Origin: Vicugna vicugna | Taxonomy: Eukaryota | Length of the DNA: 64,000 nt | Direction of reading: 5' to 3' | Assembly: GCA_013265495.1 (NCBI GenBank) | Contig: MU058065.1 | Coordinates: 3,699,003 to 3,763,002, forward strand | Part shown: in pieces, positions 13,291 through 26,687 of the stretch | Position numbering within the stretch: the first letter of the stretch is position 1 | How the letters are laid out: every line of letters begins with the position of its first letter | Notes under the pieces: generated by a model | Databases searched by the model: none | Told to the model about the DNA's origin: nothing | What the model saw: only the letters and a program-made list of their open reading frames with translations | Made by a program: the position numbers and the translations under genes

Positions 13291-14375
13291 TAAACAGGTT
13301 GTCTGAAGGCAGGTGTCGAGGAAATGACCATGAGGGCATCTTTTAAAAAAAAAATCCTACAGATTTTCCACCTTCTCTTACTTAAAAGCCATTTTTTGAT
13401 CACCACTCTATCAGCACAATCTAAGAGGGACAACCTTCATGGAAAAAACAACAGAATAATCTCGGATTCTATTCTTCAGTATCCTGGATGTGTGAACCAG
13501 AGACTTCGTCCCTCTGGGTCTGCTTCCTTAGCTCTCAAGTGATAAGGCTAGTTGCTCTTTCCCTCTCTCAGAGTTGTTTTGAAGATTAAATATATTGTGA
13601 AAGATCCAATACAAATGACCTAGCCGAACAGTCCGTTGATTCATTCATTTGAATTGTAGATGGTATGAAAATTAGGTGAGGCAAAGTGTAAAAACATACG
13701 GTCCCTCCGTAAGATCGAGTGTTCTGCCACCCTGACCAATTGCGCTTCTGAAGAAAATGTAATAACATGGGAAAATATTTATAAAATAACATAAACAACA
13801 GTCACTGTTTTCCTGAGTATTAGGGAGGTTATTTATTTCTTTGTTTGTGCTATAGACTCCCCTGCATTTAAAAAAAAATCAAAGGCATGTATGGCTACCT
13901 AATAGGGAAAAAGTTATTTTTAAAAATAGGATAATGTGTATCAAAGGTCTGCCAACAGTGCCAGACACACACCAAGCAGGGATGTCATAGACGTTAGTTG
14001 AATGAACTCTTAAAAAAGAAATCTCAAAAGGAGGTTTTATGTCCAAGGCTCTGCCATCAAGTGATGTTCTTCAAAGAAAATAGATAGAAAGACAAGACCC
14101 AGCCAACACGCCCCAACCAGGAAGCCTGGACATCAGCCTTCAACTAGATGTTGGGGAAGACCTTGACCCCTAAGCCCTGAAGGGGTGCTGTGACTTTTGC
14201 TTTCTTCGAGACAAACAATTAATGTCTCAGCTGCTCTTGTTCTAGGTAAGATCAGAACCACGTGAAGGATTTAAAATATCACTGGGATGACATGTTACAG
14301 AGCAGCTGGCCGGCTGGAGGGGTCCCATAAATGTCACAAGGAAACTCATACCAATTGGGAAGGGGGGAGACAAAA

Positions 14376-14505
14376 ATAATAACAATAATTCTTTGCATTC
14401 ACATGGCATCTTTCATCTGAAGAGCTCAAAGTGTTTTACAGATGTTATATCCATTAAAACGTATGTGGCAAGCATTATTCTCCCTGGATTACAGATGGGG
14501 AGGGG
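14376..14505 (-). mobile_element. Ancient MIR3/MIR1_Amn-like SINE
   Basis: ttgcattcacatggcatctttcatctgaagagctcaaagtgttttacaga...ttacagatgggga. Confidence 0.55.
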
Positions 14506-14544
14506 ACTGTGATCCTGTCACTCAGACTAAAACTGGAATAAGCA

Positions 14545-14850
14545 TGTAATTATCTTTGAGCAGAAATCTTTCTAATGTAACCCTTTCCTTCTGCAGTTTC
14601 CTACTGCTTCTGAGTGAACAGGACAGGTCACATCCTTGGGTCTGGAATATCTGCTGCAGGTATCCAAACACTGAAATGAGATCACCTCTCCATCTTTCCT
14701 CCCAGACGAAACATGTTTAACTTTTCAAGTCTTTCTTCAGAAGCCTGAGTTTCCCTTTCTCATCTCCCTACAGCCTGGAGGTGGTTTTCAAGCTGAGTAA
14801 CTAAAACCAGTGCCTGATACTTCAGCCCAGATTCATCAGTGGCTTTACCT
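14545..14850 (-). mobile_element. L3/CR1 fragment
   Basis: gaaatctttctaatgtaacc...gagatcacctctccatctttcctcccagacgaaac resembles L3 antisense. Confidence 0.5.
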
Positions 14851-17800
14851 GAATAACCTGACCGACTTGAAGTTAGATGTGTGTTTTTGCAGCTGGGACT
14901 CCTACGGAGCCACGCTGGTTTTGGTTTTGGCATATTTCTGATGAGGCAATGACTTCCACCCTATTTCTGGTGTTCAAGATCTTTGCTCCTTTTCCCTTTG
15001 ATTCGGGAGTTCAACGTCCTTGAAAAAGGCCAAGTATCCCTTTCTCCTAACAAAGCCATGATTATCACTTGTGTGTATTCCATCTCCTCCTTCTTCATAT
15101 TAATCTTTCAACAGCACGAGGGCAGCACTGTATATGCCATTTTGCATTCTTTGGATTGCATTCTGGTTTTGAGATTCGTATTATATCGTGAGTGTTTTTC
15201 TCCATTCCTTCTTGGAAAATAAGCACAATGTTGACTGCCTAATCAGGGTTCTAAGTTTGTATTATAATGTGCACAATCATACTATTAGAAGACACTGAAA
15301 TTGCCTCCAGTTTTTCTATTGCTGGAAGTTGTTCTTTGCAGAACACACTCTTAAAGCTTCTTTTATATTTTAGGCTATTTTATTAAGAACTTTGGAGATA
15401 TATTTCCAAATAGCTTTCCCAAATGACTGAAGCTAATTGCAGCATCCCCAGTAAGGTGTGGCAGTATCCGTTTCACTGTACTCTTGTTAGAATTGAATAT
15501 TTCTGTCTGAATTGATGAAAATATTTGCTTTAGAATTGAATTTGAATTTCTTTACTTTTAGCAAAATTAGCTATTTTATCTTTTTTTTTTTCCCTAGTAG
15601 ACTGAATATTCTCCCTCTTTTTGGGGGGAGTTACACATTGGATGAGGGATGGAGTATAAACCTAAACTATGTTTAAAATTTTTTTGATGTAAAAATGGTA
15701 GCAATAATAAAACTTTGCACTATAAAGCATCTTTCACTCTGGGGCCCAGTGTATGGCTTTATTCTTCAAAATGCTTCTGTGAGGTTTATGAGAAATACTA
15801 TCAATCAGTTTTGAAGAAAGGAACATGACTGATCCTGAGGGGCCATGATTTAGACCAAATGCTGTGTTACAGCAAATGGCACTGATCGCATTTTCTCACT
15901 GGTTCTCACTATATTCTCATAGCAACAGCCCTTAAGGCTCTGCTTTAGTCTTATTCAAATTCCTTAGGCATTATTGCTTTTCCCTTTGTGTTTTGAATAT
16001 ACATATGGTTATTTATCATGTGCCCAGAGAGTGGGGGAAAAAATCAGTCAAGCCAGTCTGGCCAGATGTAGGAGAGGAGAAAGCACTTGTGAATTTAATC
16101 TGTTCTTAGAACTAAAATGATGTTCATACGCATCCAAGAGCCAAACTAGCTTGTGCCTGCAGACACCAACTCAGACAGACTGATTGTCGTTAGCGATATA
16201 TTTAGTGTTGGGATCTAGCTCACATCCCTAGGAAATCTTATTTATAATTTAGCTCTATGAGAAATCCTGGCCACGAACCATAGATTTTAAATTCTTTGAC
16301 AGTCTGAGGTTCAGCTTTTCCAAAACTGTGTTTTCTCATGATCTCTGTGCGAAGCTGTCTTAGCTTATAAAGTCAGATGGCTTCTCCCTTTTACCATCGT
16401 GTGAACTTGCAAACGTGTAAACTGGCACCTACCTAAACCAGGCTTCCTCCTGAGGCTTGTGGGAACATGGTTTCTTGTACTTCAAGTCAGAACACTGAAT
16501 TCTATTCCCCTTCATCAGTGGTCCTTGATCCTTTTCAGAGTAGGATGCATTTCCATTACACAGCTGGGAGGGAATTGATTTTCAGTAGAAAGGAGCCCAG
16601 TGAAATTTTTGGAATTTAACTAAGTTTTGGGAAAATCACTAAGTCTCTAAACAAAGAGAACTTGATGTGCTATTTATTTCCCCATGGTATCTCTCTCCCA
16701 CATCCCTCTGCCTTGCTTGCATTTACGTGAAGTGGAATGAAGGAGTCGGGACAGACTTGTCTGACATCTCCAACATTTGGACTGGATTCATTAGCAGAAA
16801 TGCTGCAGATTATTAAACAATGAAACCTTTTCAAGTGGGAGATAAAGTAATGAGAAGTGGCAGGAGAGAGGTAGGAATGCAGACAGAAAAACAGCGGAGG
16901 GTGACTGATAAGATCTTAGGGAATCTGAGACAAATCGGATTCAGGCTCGAGATGCCCTCTGCCTCGTGTGTCCTTTGCTCTTTGCCCAGGACTTGGTCCT
17001 GGCACTTTCCAGTAACTTCTGCTGTGAAAGAGACCTGGCCCAGTTCCTCCTCTTACTTTCCGTACCTGATCCTTCCAGAGGGCTCAGAGCCTCCCTACCT
17101 GCTCCTGGCAGCCTGTGGTTGCAGAGTAGCTAAGACCCGGCTCTTGCTGTTTCTGCTCTGACCGCCTGAGACTAATTAAGTGGCCTCTCCCACCTAGAGC
17201 TGAATGGACTGGTTCCAAAATTATATTTTCCTGGAACATCTTGTTGAACTGGAATGCTTTGGCAGTTAAAAAAAAAAAACTGCTCACACCTGAACAAATC
17301 AGTCTGTTTTCCCTAAAATTTAGTCCATGTTCACCTCTTGGCACATGCAAAGGTAACTGGCAGATTCAGGTGTCTGGCTGAAGCCAATCACGGTGAGATC
17401 ATTCTATTACCATTAGAGCACAAAGTTAAGATTGCAGAAAATCAAGAGTCATATTGATTGATTTGTAGTCTAATCATGCAAACAGGTCAGATGACAGAAC
17501 CCAGAGAAAGGAGAGACTGGTGAACGTGTCCAAAAATATTGCAAAAGGTGATTCTACCCCCAACAAAGTCGATTTCCCAAAGAAACAAAATTCCTGAAAT
17601 ATAAAATAATTCTCATGTGGCATATGTAACACACACACACATGCACACTTTTGCCTACAGGATATGTATTCCCATTGCCCACACCCCATTCCTGTTGTTG
17701 GAAAGCAAGAAAACTCTTTCAGGATTTGGAGTTCTGGTCTATATTTGCCTTACCATTATTACTATTTGTCATCTCTTTTTCTTTGGGCAAAAGGCAATAA

Positions 17801-19665
17801 TTCCATGCTAATTTGTAGGGCAATCTGAGAAAAAGAGTGTGGCCAACTTAAGTCAAAACAAATGCTTAAAAAACACTTAACTAAATGAACTTTTGAAAGT
17901 GGTTCTCCCACATCCAGACCTAAAGGTAATAATTTTGAAAAAAAAAGTACAAATTAGAAGCATTTAGCAAGACACATGTATAAAAATCAGAAGGCAAAAT
18001 TTTTTTCCCCCAAACATTCCATTCCAGGGACCGGGTTGGTGCCTTTCTTCTCACTATAAGGCAGACTGCTCCTGAGATGTTACAACGAACCACTGTGACT
18101 AAAGCACCAGGTACTTTCTGAGACTGATCCCCTGCTCCCTTCCTGCCCAGGAGAAAATGTCTCCCCCATAATCCATAAAGTGATACTGGAGAACCCAGAG
18201 GTCACCACCTGCAACCAATGGTGAATGAACAAATTGAGGTGCTCTGGGGCCTGGCATGCTGGCTGGGGATATGGGACATGGCAGCCAAGTGCTGTTTGAA
18301 TGCCATGTGGAAATAAATAGTCCTTCTCAAGTAGACAGATAAACACAGCCACAAGAAAACCCACAGATGAGACAAACTCCTTTTGTGATCTACTCTCATT
18401 TCGTTCATTGAATCATTCTGGGGTTTTCGCTAATGCCAGCCACTGTCTCAGGCTGCTCTCCTCTGCATTGACCCAGAAGTATTTGCCCCAAAGCAGTAGA
18501 GTGGTAACAAACGTTAAGAAATACCTCCTGAGCTTTGAGAGTTTAATTCCTTTTTTCTTTTTCTGTTGCTTGTTGGAAAGGAAAATCCATGGCTGTATTC
18601 ATGACGATCTTAACTTTAAGAGCTGTAATAAACATTTTGAAGTTTGACAGATCCAGGTAAGAAATTTTTGACTGTGGGAAACTAAACTCAGTTTGGCTTT
18701 GGATGGTAAATGGAGTTATAAATATTTAGAATCAATTACCAGATTCCATACAGTCAAATGCTGGGTTGTCAATCATGGCTCCAATGGCAGTTCCTATCCG
18801 AGGCTGAGACGATGAGAATCCACCTTCTCCGCAATAACCAGATTCCTTCTTCTTGTTCCAAACGATAAATACTGTAGCTGGCACTCATTTATTTCATGTA
18901 ATCTTACATGAAATATGCAAAGGTATGAAAAATTACTGGCGATAACAGTTTACACCAAGTGCATACAGCAGTAGGACTTGAGCTTCAGCACTGCTAGGAG
19001 TGTATCTTGATGGTGCTTCTCGCTGATATGTTACTTTAGCCACTCATCTAAAGAACATGCTTATTTCAAGAGACAGTTTTAAACTATAGTTACATTTTAT
19101 TACTCCCTTAAAAATACTTCTCACAAATCCCAAGCCACTGTGGAGTGTGTTGGTCCAATCTTTTATTGAGTGCAGCCCTTGTCCTATTTATGACCCATGA
19201 CTGATGCATCAGCCCAAAAATGTGATTTCTCTGAAGCACTGCAGGACAAGCGTCTCAGCTCCTATGACAGGAAGGCATTTCATGGAGTCGTTTCCCTACT
19301 CTAAAATAGCGTCTGCTGCCAACACCCCCGATAGGAAGCAAGGTTTCCCATGGCCTGTGCTTTTGCAGGAGAAGCACAGACTGTCTTAGAGAAGGTAGTT
19401 CTAAATGATGTGAAACATCTTGAATTGCTGAAGCTCTGATGGACTCCAAGAAGCCTCTGGAGAATCAAACGAATAAACTGATGTAATGGTCCTTAAAAGA
19501 TAAAATACAAATAGAATGAAAAAAAGCTTTAACTCACTTCAGAAAGAGATGTCAGCTCTTAGTGTTTGTGGATAAAGTTGCCAGACAATCTTTTTCATTT
19601 CAGTCAGTTTCGGGCTGGGGCGGAGGGGCAGGGATCAGGAGGAGGAAAGATGAACTTCAAACAAT

Positions 19666-19684
19666 CAGTGCCATCTAGTGGTTG
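19666..19684 (-). promoter_or_regulatory. CTCF-binding motif
   Basis: Minus strand reads CAACCACTAGATGGCACTG, a close match to the CTCF core CCASYAGRKGGCRSY; GC-box-like GGGGCGGAG about 45 bp away. Confidence 0.6.
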
Positions 19685-20114
19685 TATAGGATAAAGACAG
19701 AATTTCAGCAAACAGAACTGGTTTTTGCCACTGCAGTGTCTGAGACATGTACAATCAGGCCAACTACAGATCTCTAGAGAAGGCTGGCTTGAATTTACGT
19801 CTCCTTGTATTCACTGAGTAATGAACACCAAGTTATGGGGCAGAAGTTTTCAATAGTTTTGATGCTGCCTAAACAGAATAGAGTTAAGCCTTTAAAAGTC
19901 ATAGACAGCAAATAAGTCTTTCAATATACTTTAAATACGTGAACTTTGCTATATTACAACCACATCTGAGTTAAAACTACCAAGCCATATTTAAGGAGGA
20001 AAAGCTGCATCTATTTCAAAATATCATGTTAATGAGAGTTTGTTACTTGTAAACAACAAATACTTCCTAAAGTTAGACAACTATCCTGAAAGTCTGATCA
20101 AGAGGAACAGAGTC

Positions 20115-20552
20115 AAATCCAAAGGTCCAGAAGCTTGGATGGGAAAAGTTACATCTTTATTTTCAGCACCTTAACTCTGAAATTTAGCATTTCCCTCAAT
20201 TAAGAGTGTAGGCTACAAACGACAGTAGTGTTAGCAATACCTGGGGCTTTGTCACCAAAAGAAATCAGATATTTCCATATTATTTTACATATTTTTCACT
20301 GCTTATAAAGAATAGTAATTATTAGACCCAACACCAGATATTGTTTTTTCACAAATAATAGGGAAGCGGATATATTATCGTATCATAAATTTAGTTTTAA
20401 AAACATTTAAAAAATGTTTTCAATATAATTTGTTTTCTTTGTACTCCTTTGTATTTTATTTAAGGCATTTCCAAACATTACTCTGAGAGGGGGTCCGTAG
20501 GCTTCATGAGACTACCAAAGGGGTCCGTGTTTCAGAAAGGTCAGAAATCCTG
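20115..20552. mobile_element. hAT-Charlie non-autonomous element (Charlie4a/MER113-like)
   Basis: cttggatgggaaaagttacatctttattttca...gggggtccgtaggcttca...aaggtcagaaatcctg. Confidence 0.7.
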
Positions 20553-20744
20553 ATCTAAAGGGATAGTAAAATCATGCAGTTGAAACACGTATAATTTAAT
20601 AGTTAAAAGCTCAGTGCTATGATGCAATTACTCAGGTTCAAATCCCACCCTGCTGGGTCTGTTATTTAGCCTCTGTGCCTCGGTTTCCCCATTTGTGCCA
20701 CCAATCTCACAGAAGAGATCTGAGCTTTAAAAGGGTTGATGCAG

Positions 20745-21012
20745 CAGACATAGAAAACAAACTTATGGTTATCAAAGGGGCAAGGAGGGCAGGGATAAAT
20801 TAGGAATTTGGGATTAGCAGATACAAACTACTATATATAAGATAGATAAACAACAAGGTCCTATCATACAGCACAGGGAACTATAGTCAATACTTTATAA
20901 TGACCTATAATGAAAAAAGAATATGAAAAGGATACATTATTTATATATATATATATAAATCACTATGTTGTACACCAGAAGTAAACATAGGAGTGTAAAT
21001 TGACTATACTTC

Positions 21013-21064
<52 letters not shown>
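20745..21064 (+). mobile_element. L1 3' end with (AAT)n tail and diverged 16-bp TSD
   Basis: cagacatagaaaacaaacttatggttatcaaagggg...actatacttcaat; TSD aaaagggttgatgcag (20729-20744) / aaaagagctgacacag (21065-21080). Confidence 0.88.
21013..21063. repeat. (AAT)17 microsatellite
   Basis: Perfect trinucleotide run in the L1 tail. Confidence 0.95.
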
Positions 21065-21068
<4 letters not shown>

Positions 21069-23809
21069 GAGCTGACACAGGTGAAGTGCTTAAATGAACA
21101 TTCAACTTTTAGACGTTCTCAGTGTTACCACTTGTCACTGTGCAACGCAGTTATGAAGTTTAGAAACCACTAGCCAAAAACCCAAGATAAATGACCCAAA
21201 TTTATAACTGAAGCTACCAGCAGTTTTGATTAACAAACATGCCTTGACAAATATGTGTTTAAGAAGTAAATATTTCATATATTTAATACAGGAAGTGAAA
21301 GCATACACTTTCTTAACTAATACTTACTACAGCCCTTAAGAGGGTAATAGGGTCCCCATTTGCAGAAATTTGGATAGTTAAATGCCTTATTCAAAGTCAT
21401 ACAGATGTAGTGACTAGAACACAAATTAAAATATTTGGGGAGTTGTTTTTCATTCACCTAATCTTCAAAATCCGAAAGCTTCAGGGGTTCTCAGAATGCG
21501 CTTAAAAGATACGACTTTTAAAAAGCTTAGACTCTCCACCGCTACCTGTGTAAACGGAACTCCTTTACAAGATTAAGCTAACCTAATCCGAGGATTTATC
21601 TCACATTGGAATGGGAAGAAAGAAGAGTAAACTGAGCACTTTCACACCTAAAAACTCACTTTGATCTTTACAGCAGACTTTTGGATCATGTTTTTTTCCT
21701 ACCCAAATAGTGTAAGCACATACTATGCTTTAGACATTTGGGATAAGAAGAGTGCAGAAGTTCAAGCCCTTGTCCTCATGGAGTTTACTTCCAAAGCTGG
21801 GGATGAGGACAGGGATGTTCCCCTTTGGCTGACGAGGAAGCAAGAGTCAAGGGATAAATAACTCACCCAGGTAAGTGGATTGACCTTGTCTGGGTTAGTA
21901 ACCAAGACGCAGCAGAGGATTCGAATTGAACTCTTGCTGATTGTATGGCTGTGATAATTTCACGATCCGTCCCGTGCTTTCCGGGAAAAAAAAAACAAAC
22001 ATGCTTTTGAGAGTGAGCATTCCTTTGTGCATGGACACAGCAGTAGACAGACCTTTCTCCTGCCACATTACAGAAGTTACCTTACAACCCCTCTGGGTTT
22101 CACATGCTTGCTCGGGATGCGAAATTCATACCAGGAGATCAGTGTTAGGCTCTCCCTTTTGCCACTCCTCAGCAGGGTGGCTGAATTTTGGTTTTCTCAA
22201 CCACATCTTGGTAAAAAATTAGACTGAACTCACAAGGCTTCTGCGAGGATTAAATAAGCTAATGTTTATGGGCGTCTAGCAAGAAGGCTGGTCCACAGTG
22301 GGCACGCAGTTACTCTGCGCTGGACATGGCCCTCCTGTTAATAGTTCCTCACGCAATTAACCAGGGAGGTGGTGGACCCCAAGAGGGAAATAGCTCTACT
22401 TACCTTATTGAATCTTGCCTTCATCTTTAATACGTTAAAGATAGTATCTGCCAAACAGAGTAGTGGTTGAAATGTCAGCAGGAGACCAGAGAATGTACCT
22501 CGCAGAGTTTCCAGCACAGAACACGCAGTCATGAAATTGTACCCGAGGTGGTTTTTACCGCTCACGAGTCTAATAAAGCACATGTTAACTAGGCCATTTA
22601 CAAAGTGTGTTACAAACTTGGGATTGAGATACTGTTGATGTCTTTAGCACAAAGACTTCGGAATATTTTGACCAAAAAGCCTGGCAAATAGAAAACATTA
22701 AAGAAGCTAGAAATGTTGAATTCAGAGGAGACCATAGGAATAACAGCCACGCGTGAGGAGTTGTCCCTTTGTTAACTAGGAATTCGTAAGATTGTAACAA
22801 GAATCCCTCCAAAAGTCTACCTTCACATTTCATATTTTTTTCGTGCTTCACATATAAATGGAAAACCACATATACATCAGTTGTGAGGTGCTGGATATCT
22901 CTAGAAGAGAGGCCCGTGTATGGGGACCAGGTTTTCCCCACTGACTCACAATTATCTAATAAATGTGGGCGTACAAATGGTACAGCAGGACTGAATATTT
23001 AAAATTGAGAGAGTTTGGTACTGTAGGCACAGGCAGCTTTATTGGGAGAAGTTAAATGGGAGGCGAGCTTCTTTTTAAGCAGTATTTGGACAACCAGATT
23101 TAAATTTAAGTACTTGGGCTCATGTCATCTTTACAAAGGCAGTGCCCTGGGCCCTGTCGCTTTGGACAAATTTACCCCTAAAGTGAGAGGGTGTCATCCT
23201 ACACAGGAGGGGCTGGTGATAATGAGTACATTATGAACACCGTGCTTTTAAGCTTTCTGATTGGTAGAGGAGTGATTTCCTGGGGGTAACTGGCAAGTCA
23301 AGACCTCAACCTTCATTGCATTCCTCTGGGGGAACGAGGGGCTTTATCGGCAAGAAGGATGCAGGAGGTAATGGCTACATGCTGAGCAATTCTTTCAGAT
23401 GAAATGAATTCCAGCTCAGTTTGAAGAAGCTCCGTGAGGCCCAGCCTGCAGGCTGGGCTGGGTCTTCAACAACTGCCCGCTCCAGGATGCAATCAGAGCC
23501 GGTTCCCTCCTGCTCTCTTTTCTAACTGCCTCCTGGAACTTCCCTCTTCTGGGGCCACAGATGATTTCTGCTCCTTCTGAGGCACCGTCTCCTTAATTAG
23601 CGCACTCTACCTCCCTATGAGGTCCAACAGCTCATCTTTTGGTCTCTAATTGTGATTGGTTTGCTTGCATCCACTCCAGGAAGAGGCCTGTTGCCCGCAG
23701 CCTATTCGTCTTCTGCTGCCCTTCACTGCCCCCTACTGGCCAAAGAGGCCGAATTACTTTAGTTAATTCTTGAGGTTTAGATGCCAACTCAGAGAAAACA
23801 CGTTTAAAA

Positions 23810-23969
23810 TCAGTATCTTGTAATAACCTATAATGAAAAAGAATATATAAAAATGCATAAATTACTGAATTACTATGCTGTACACCAGAAACTAACACGC
23901 ACTGCAAATCAACTATACGTCAATTAAAAAATCTGAAAAATTCTCATAAAAATCTAATTAAAAAAAAAA
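23810..23969 (+). mobile_element. Short L1 3' end
   Basis: cagtatcttgtaataacctataatgaaaaagaatat...gctgtacaccagaaactaacac...tcaattaaaaaa. Confidence 0.85.
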
Positions 23970-24669
23970 CTTTCAGACTTTTGTGCAGTTAGGCTTCCAA
24001 GCAGATGGTTGATTAAAAAAAAAAGAACAAGAGAGACATATTACATATTATAGAGAATGGAGTAATTTTCTTGTTTTTATTTTAATCTTAAACATAAGAA
24101 ATTATGTTGAAAAAGACAGTACTTAGGCGATTTGGTTTCAGTGGATAAAGCGCAAACAAATCATTAGAGTATTTCATTAGAGTGGCAGCTCTTGATTCTC
24201 ATTCTCTAGTTAATTGCACACGTGTGCATTTTACATAGTTTGGAAGGTTTTGTGCACTAATCAGAGCTTCTGACACACACTCACAGGAACATGAGAACAG
24301 GGTTCTCCTTATATCTGAATGTACCCTGACTGTAATTTGAGTGCCTTGTAGAGTTTCACAATCTCTCTTGCCCAAAACTACAGCCAATGGGCCAATCATA
24401 AGGCCCTGTTAATTCTTGCACACATGTTGCATACATGGTCCATATGTCAATACAGTCAGGGAAATTTCACAGGCCTTAGCAACCCATTATACACTCAGGT
24501 GGTTTCTGGTGGAAGCAGGTGTTTTCAGGCCACAGGTCCTTACGGAACATGCCTAGAAGGCCAGTTTGTCTTTGATGCCCTCTCCCATCCTCTGCGGTCT
24601 TTCCCACTCGTGCCCTAAAGATGTCTAGGAAACAAATGATCCTTTGCATGAACCAGTCAAGTGTGCCTC

Positions 24670-24832
24670 TTTAGAGTTGCTGAGAGCATCATGGTGTGTG
24701 TGAATCACCCAGGGATCTTGGCTGACTGCGGATTCTGCTTCGTGGGGTCTTGGGTGTGCCTGAGAGCCTGCATTTCTTGTAGACTTCCAGGGGATGCTGA
24801 TGGTCCTTTGAGGACCACACTTTGAGGAGCAA
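24670..24832. mobile_element. MER5A MITE
   Basis: gaatcacccagggatcttg...gattctg...ctgcatttct...ggaccacactttgag. Confidence 0.8.
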
Positions 24833-25799
24833 GGCAATCAAATCACCTGATTAAAGGGATTCTTCTAATTACATGTAAATGAAAGTTAGGTCTAACACAG
24901 CTGGTGTTTGTGTTTTAATAGGAATTGTGTTCTTTCTAGCAACTTGTGAAAATTTCAGGAAGATTAGTGATGTAACCTGTATTCTTCCTTTTAAGCTTCC
25001 TTTTCTAAATAATGAGGAGGGAAGGACAGGGTTAATTCTAGAAAATCTGCAAGTGTTTCTTTGGCTTTCCACCCCTCTTCGGTGCCCATTTCCACCTCTT
25101 CCACCCATGGCACATGGTTTCCTATACCTTCTTTCTACTCTGTAGTTCAAGGACAAGGAAATGCTACATGTTTTTGTATCATTTAATATTTAAATAATTT
25201 TGCGTGATAAACATGTAAAGGTTTGGTAGCGGATGGCTTCCTATCCCAATTTTGCCACAGAATTCAGGTACAGATAGGGCATATTTGTTAACCATGTGCT
25301 TGGGCAGTCAAGCTTAGCTTCCGAAACTAGTAAAGCTTCAATAATTTTAGAGATAGAAGACCAGTAAAAATAAGGCTTGAAGTTAGTGCTGTTATGAATT
25401 AACCAATACTTATTTAATGAAGACATTGCTCTATAGAAAGAGTACAGAGCTGGAGCTGAGTTTGGTCCTGTTCCAACGCTGTGCTTTCTAGCTGCATAAT
25501 ATTGAGCAAAAGCAACAGAAAGTGGGCTTCAGTTTTCCCATCTGTCAAATCGATTCATTAATTGAGCAAATATTTATGGAGCACTTATGACGTCTTTGGA
25601 TATCCAGTAAGTACTTAGTACTCAAGTATTGATCAAGTCCTTATGTATTTTTAAGTCTTTGGGTTTTTGAAGTTACATTTATTTGCTCGCAGAAAGTGAT
25701 TTAGGCACATAGAATAATGCCTCTACTTCTTGCTATGCGCTCCTTGATGTGGTAGGAGGCAAACCCCTCCTGTTTCCTGTTGTTTTCCTGAATCTGAAA

Positions 25800-26380
25800 T
25801 TACGTCTGGAAGCCCTAAAGACTCAGCAGGCTGATTCTCGTAGCAACTTTCCCTGTTGGATGATGGCCAAGGAAGGTGTCCTGTTGCACATGAATAAACT
25901 GTGTCTGGTGAGCTGGGGCTGTTATAACTTGGGTGGGCTCAACGGTCAGGGATGCTGGCACTGGCCAAGAGGAAGTGCTGAAGGAACCTTGGACCAGATG
26001 GGCCCAGGGCTGGGGCACTTTCTCAGCTGAAGGGCCCCAGAGCCAACGGTGCAATTTGCAGGTCACAAAGGCCAACTGCGTCATGACTCCTGAGGATAAG
26101 CACATTTGGAATGGTACCCCAGCCAGCAACTGGGAATAGAAGGAACATGCTACAACCTCCAGGGGAGGTGTAAGGGCAAGGACGCTGCAAGGTGTTGGAT
26201 CCCTGCCCAATGGGCTATGATGGTTCCAGGCAAAGCTCCAGACCCAGCAGTAGACTGGAATACTAAGCAGGAAATTGAGGCTGAAGTCTGGTGACAGAAC
26301 AGGGCTGCAGCCTGGTGCTCAGGGCTCGTCAGACACCAGGCCCGCCGCAGCAAGATGAATTCCAGATCCTACACGTTGGT
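25800..26380 (+). mobile_element. Possible highly decayed ERVL/Gypsy-like pol (RNaseH-integrase) remnant
   Basis: GC-richer island; translations give weak echoes of class III integrase (RWAQ; HIWNGTPASNWE vs IPRGDQPATWWQ; WN...K..I). Confidence 0.35.
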
Positions 26381-26687
26381 GTTAATCCCTGCCCCGGCCA
26401 GGGCTGAGTGATTCAGAGTCTGGACAGAGCTGCGTCTGTAACTGGCCAGGACTGGGGAAGCAGGGAGGAATCAGAGGAGGAATGCTGAGAAACATCCTCA
26501 GTCCCAGTATTGCCACCTCTACCCCATCCCTTACTGAGGCATTATGTTTACCAGCAGGAAATCACTTCCTTATCTCAGAAAGGTGTTTTTTTTTTTTTCC
26601 AGAAAGATTTTTAAACAAGAGTAAATTTTGCCAAGTGTTAATAGTTCTGAGAGGTAACATCTTAAGCCCTGCTTCCCTTTTTCTCTA

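Larger units (their letters stand above)
20590..21130 (+). mobile_element. MIR SINE split by an L1 insertion
   Basis: ggttcaaatccca...gcctctgtgcctcggtttccccatttgt; resumes after the L1 (gtgaagtgctta). Confidence 0.65.
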
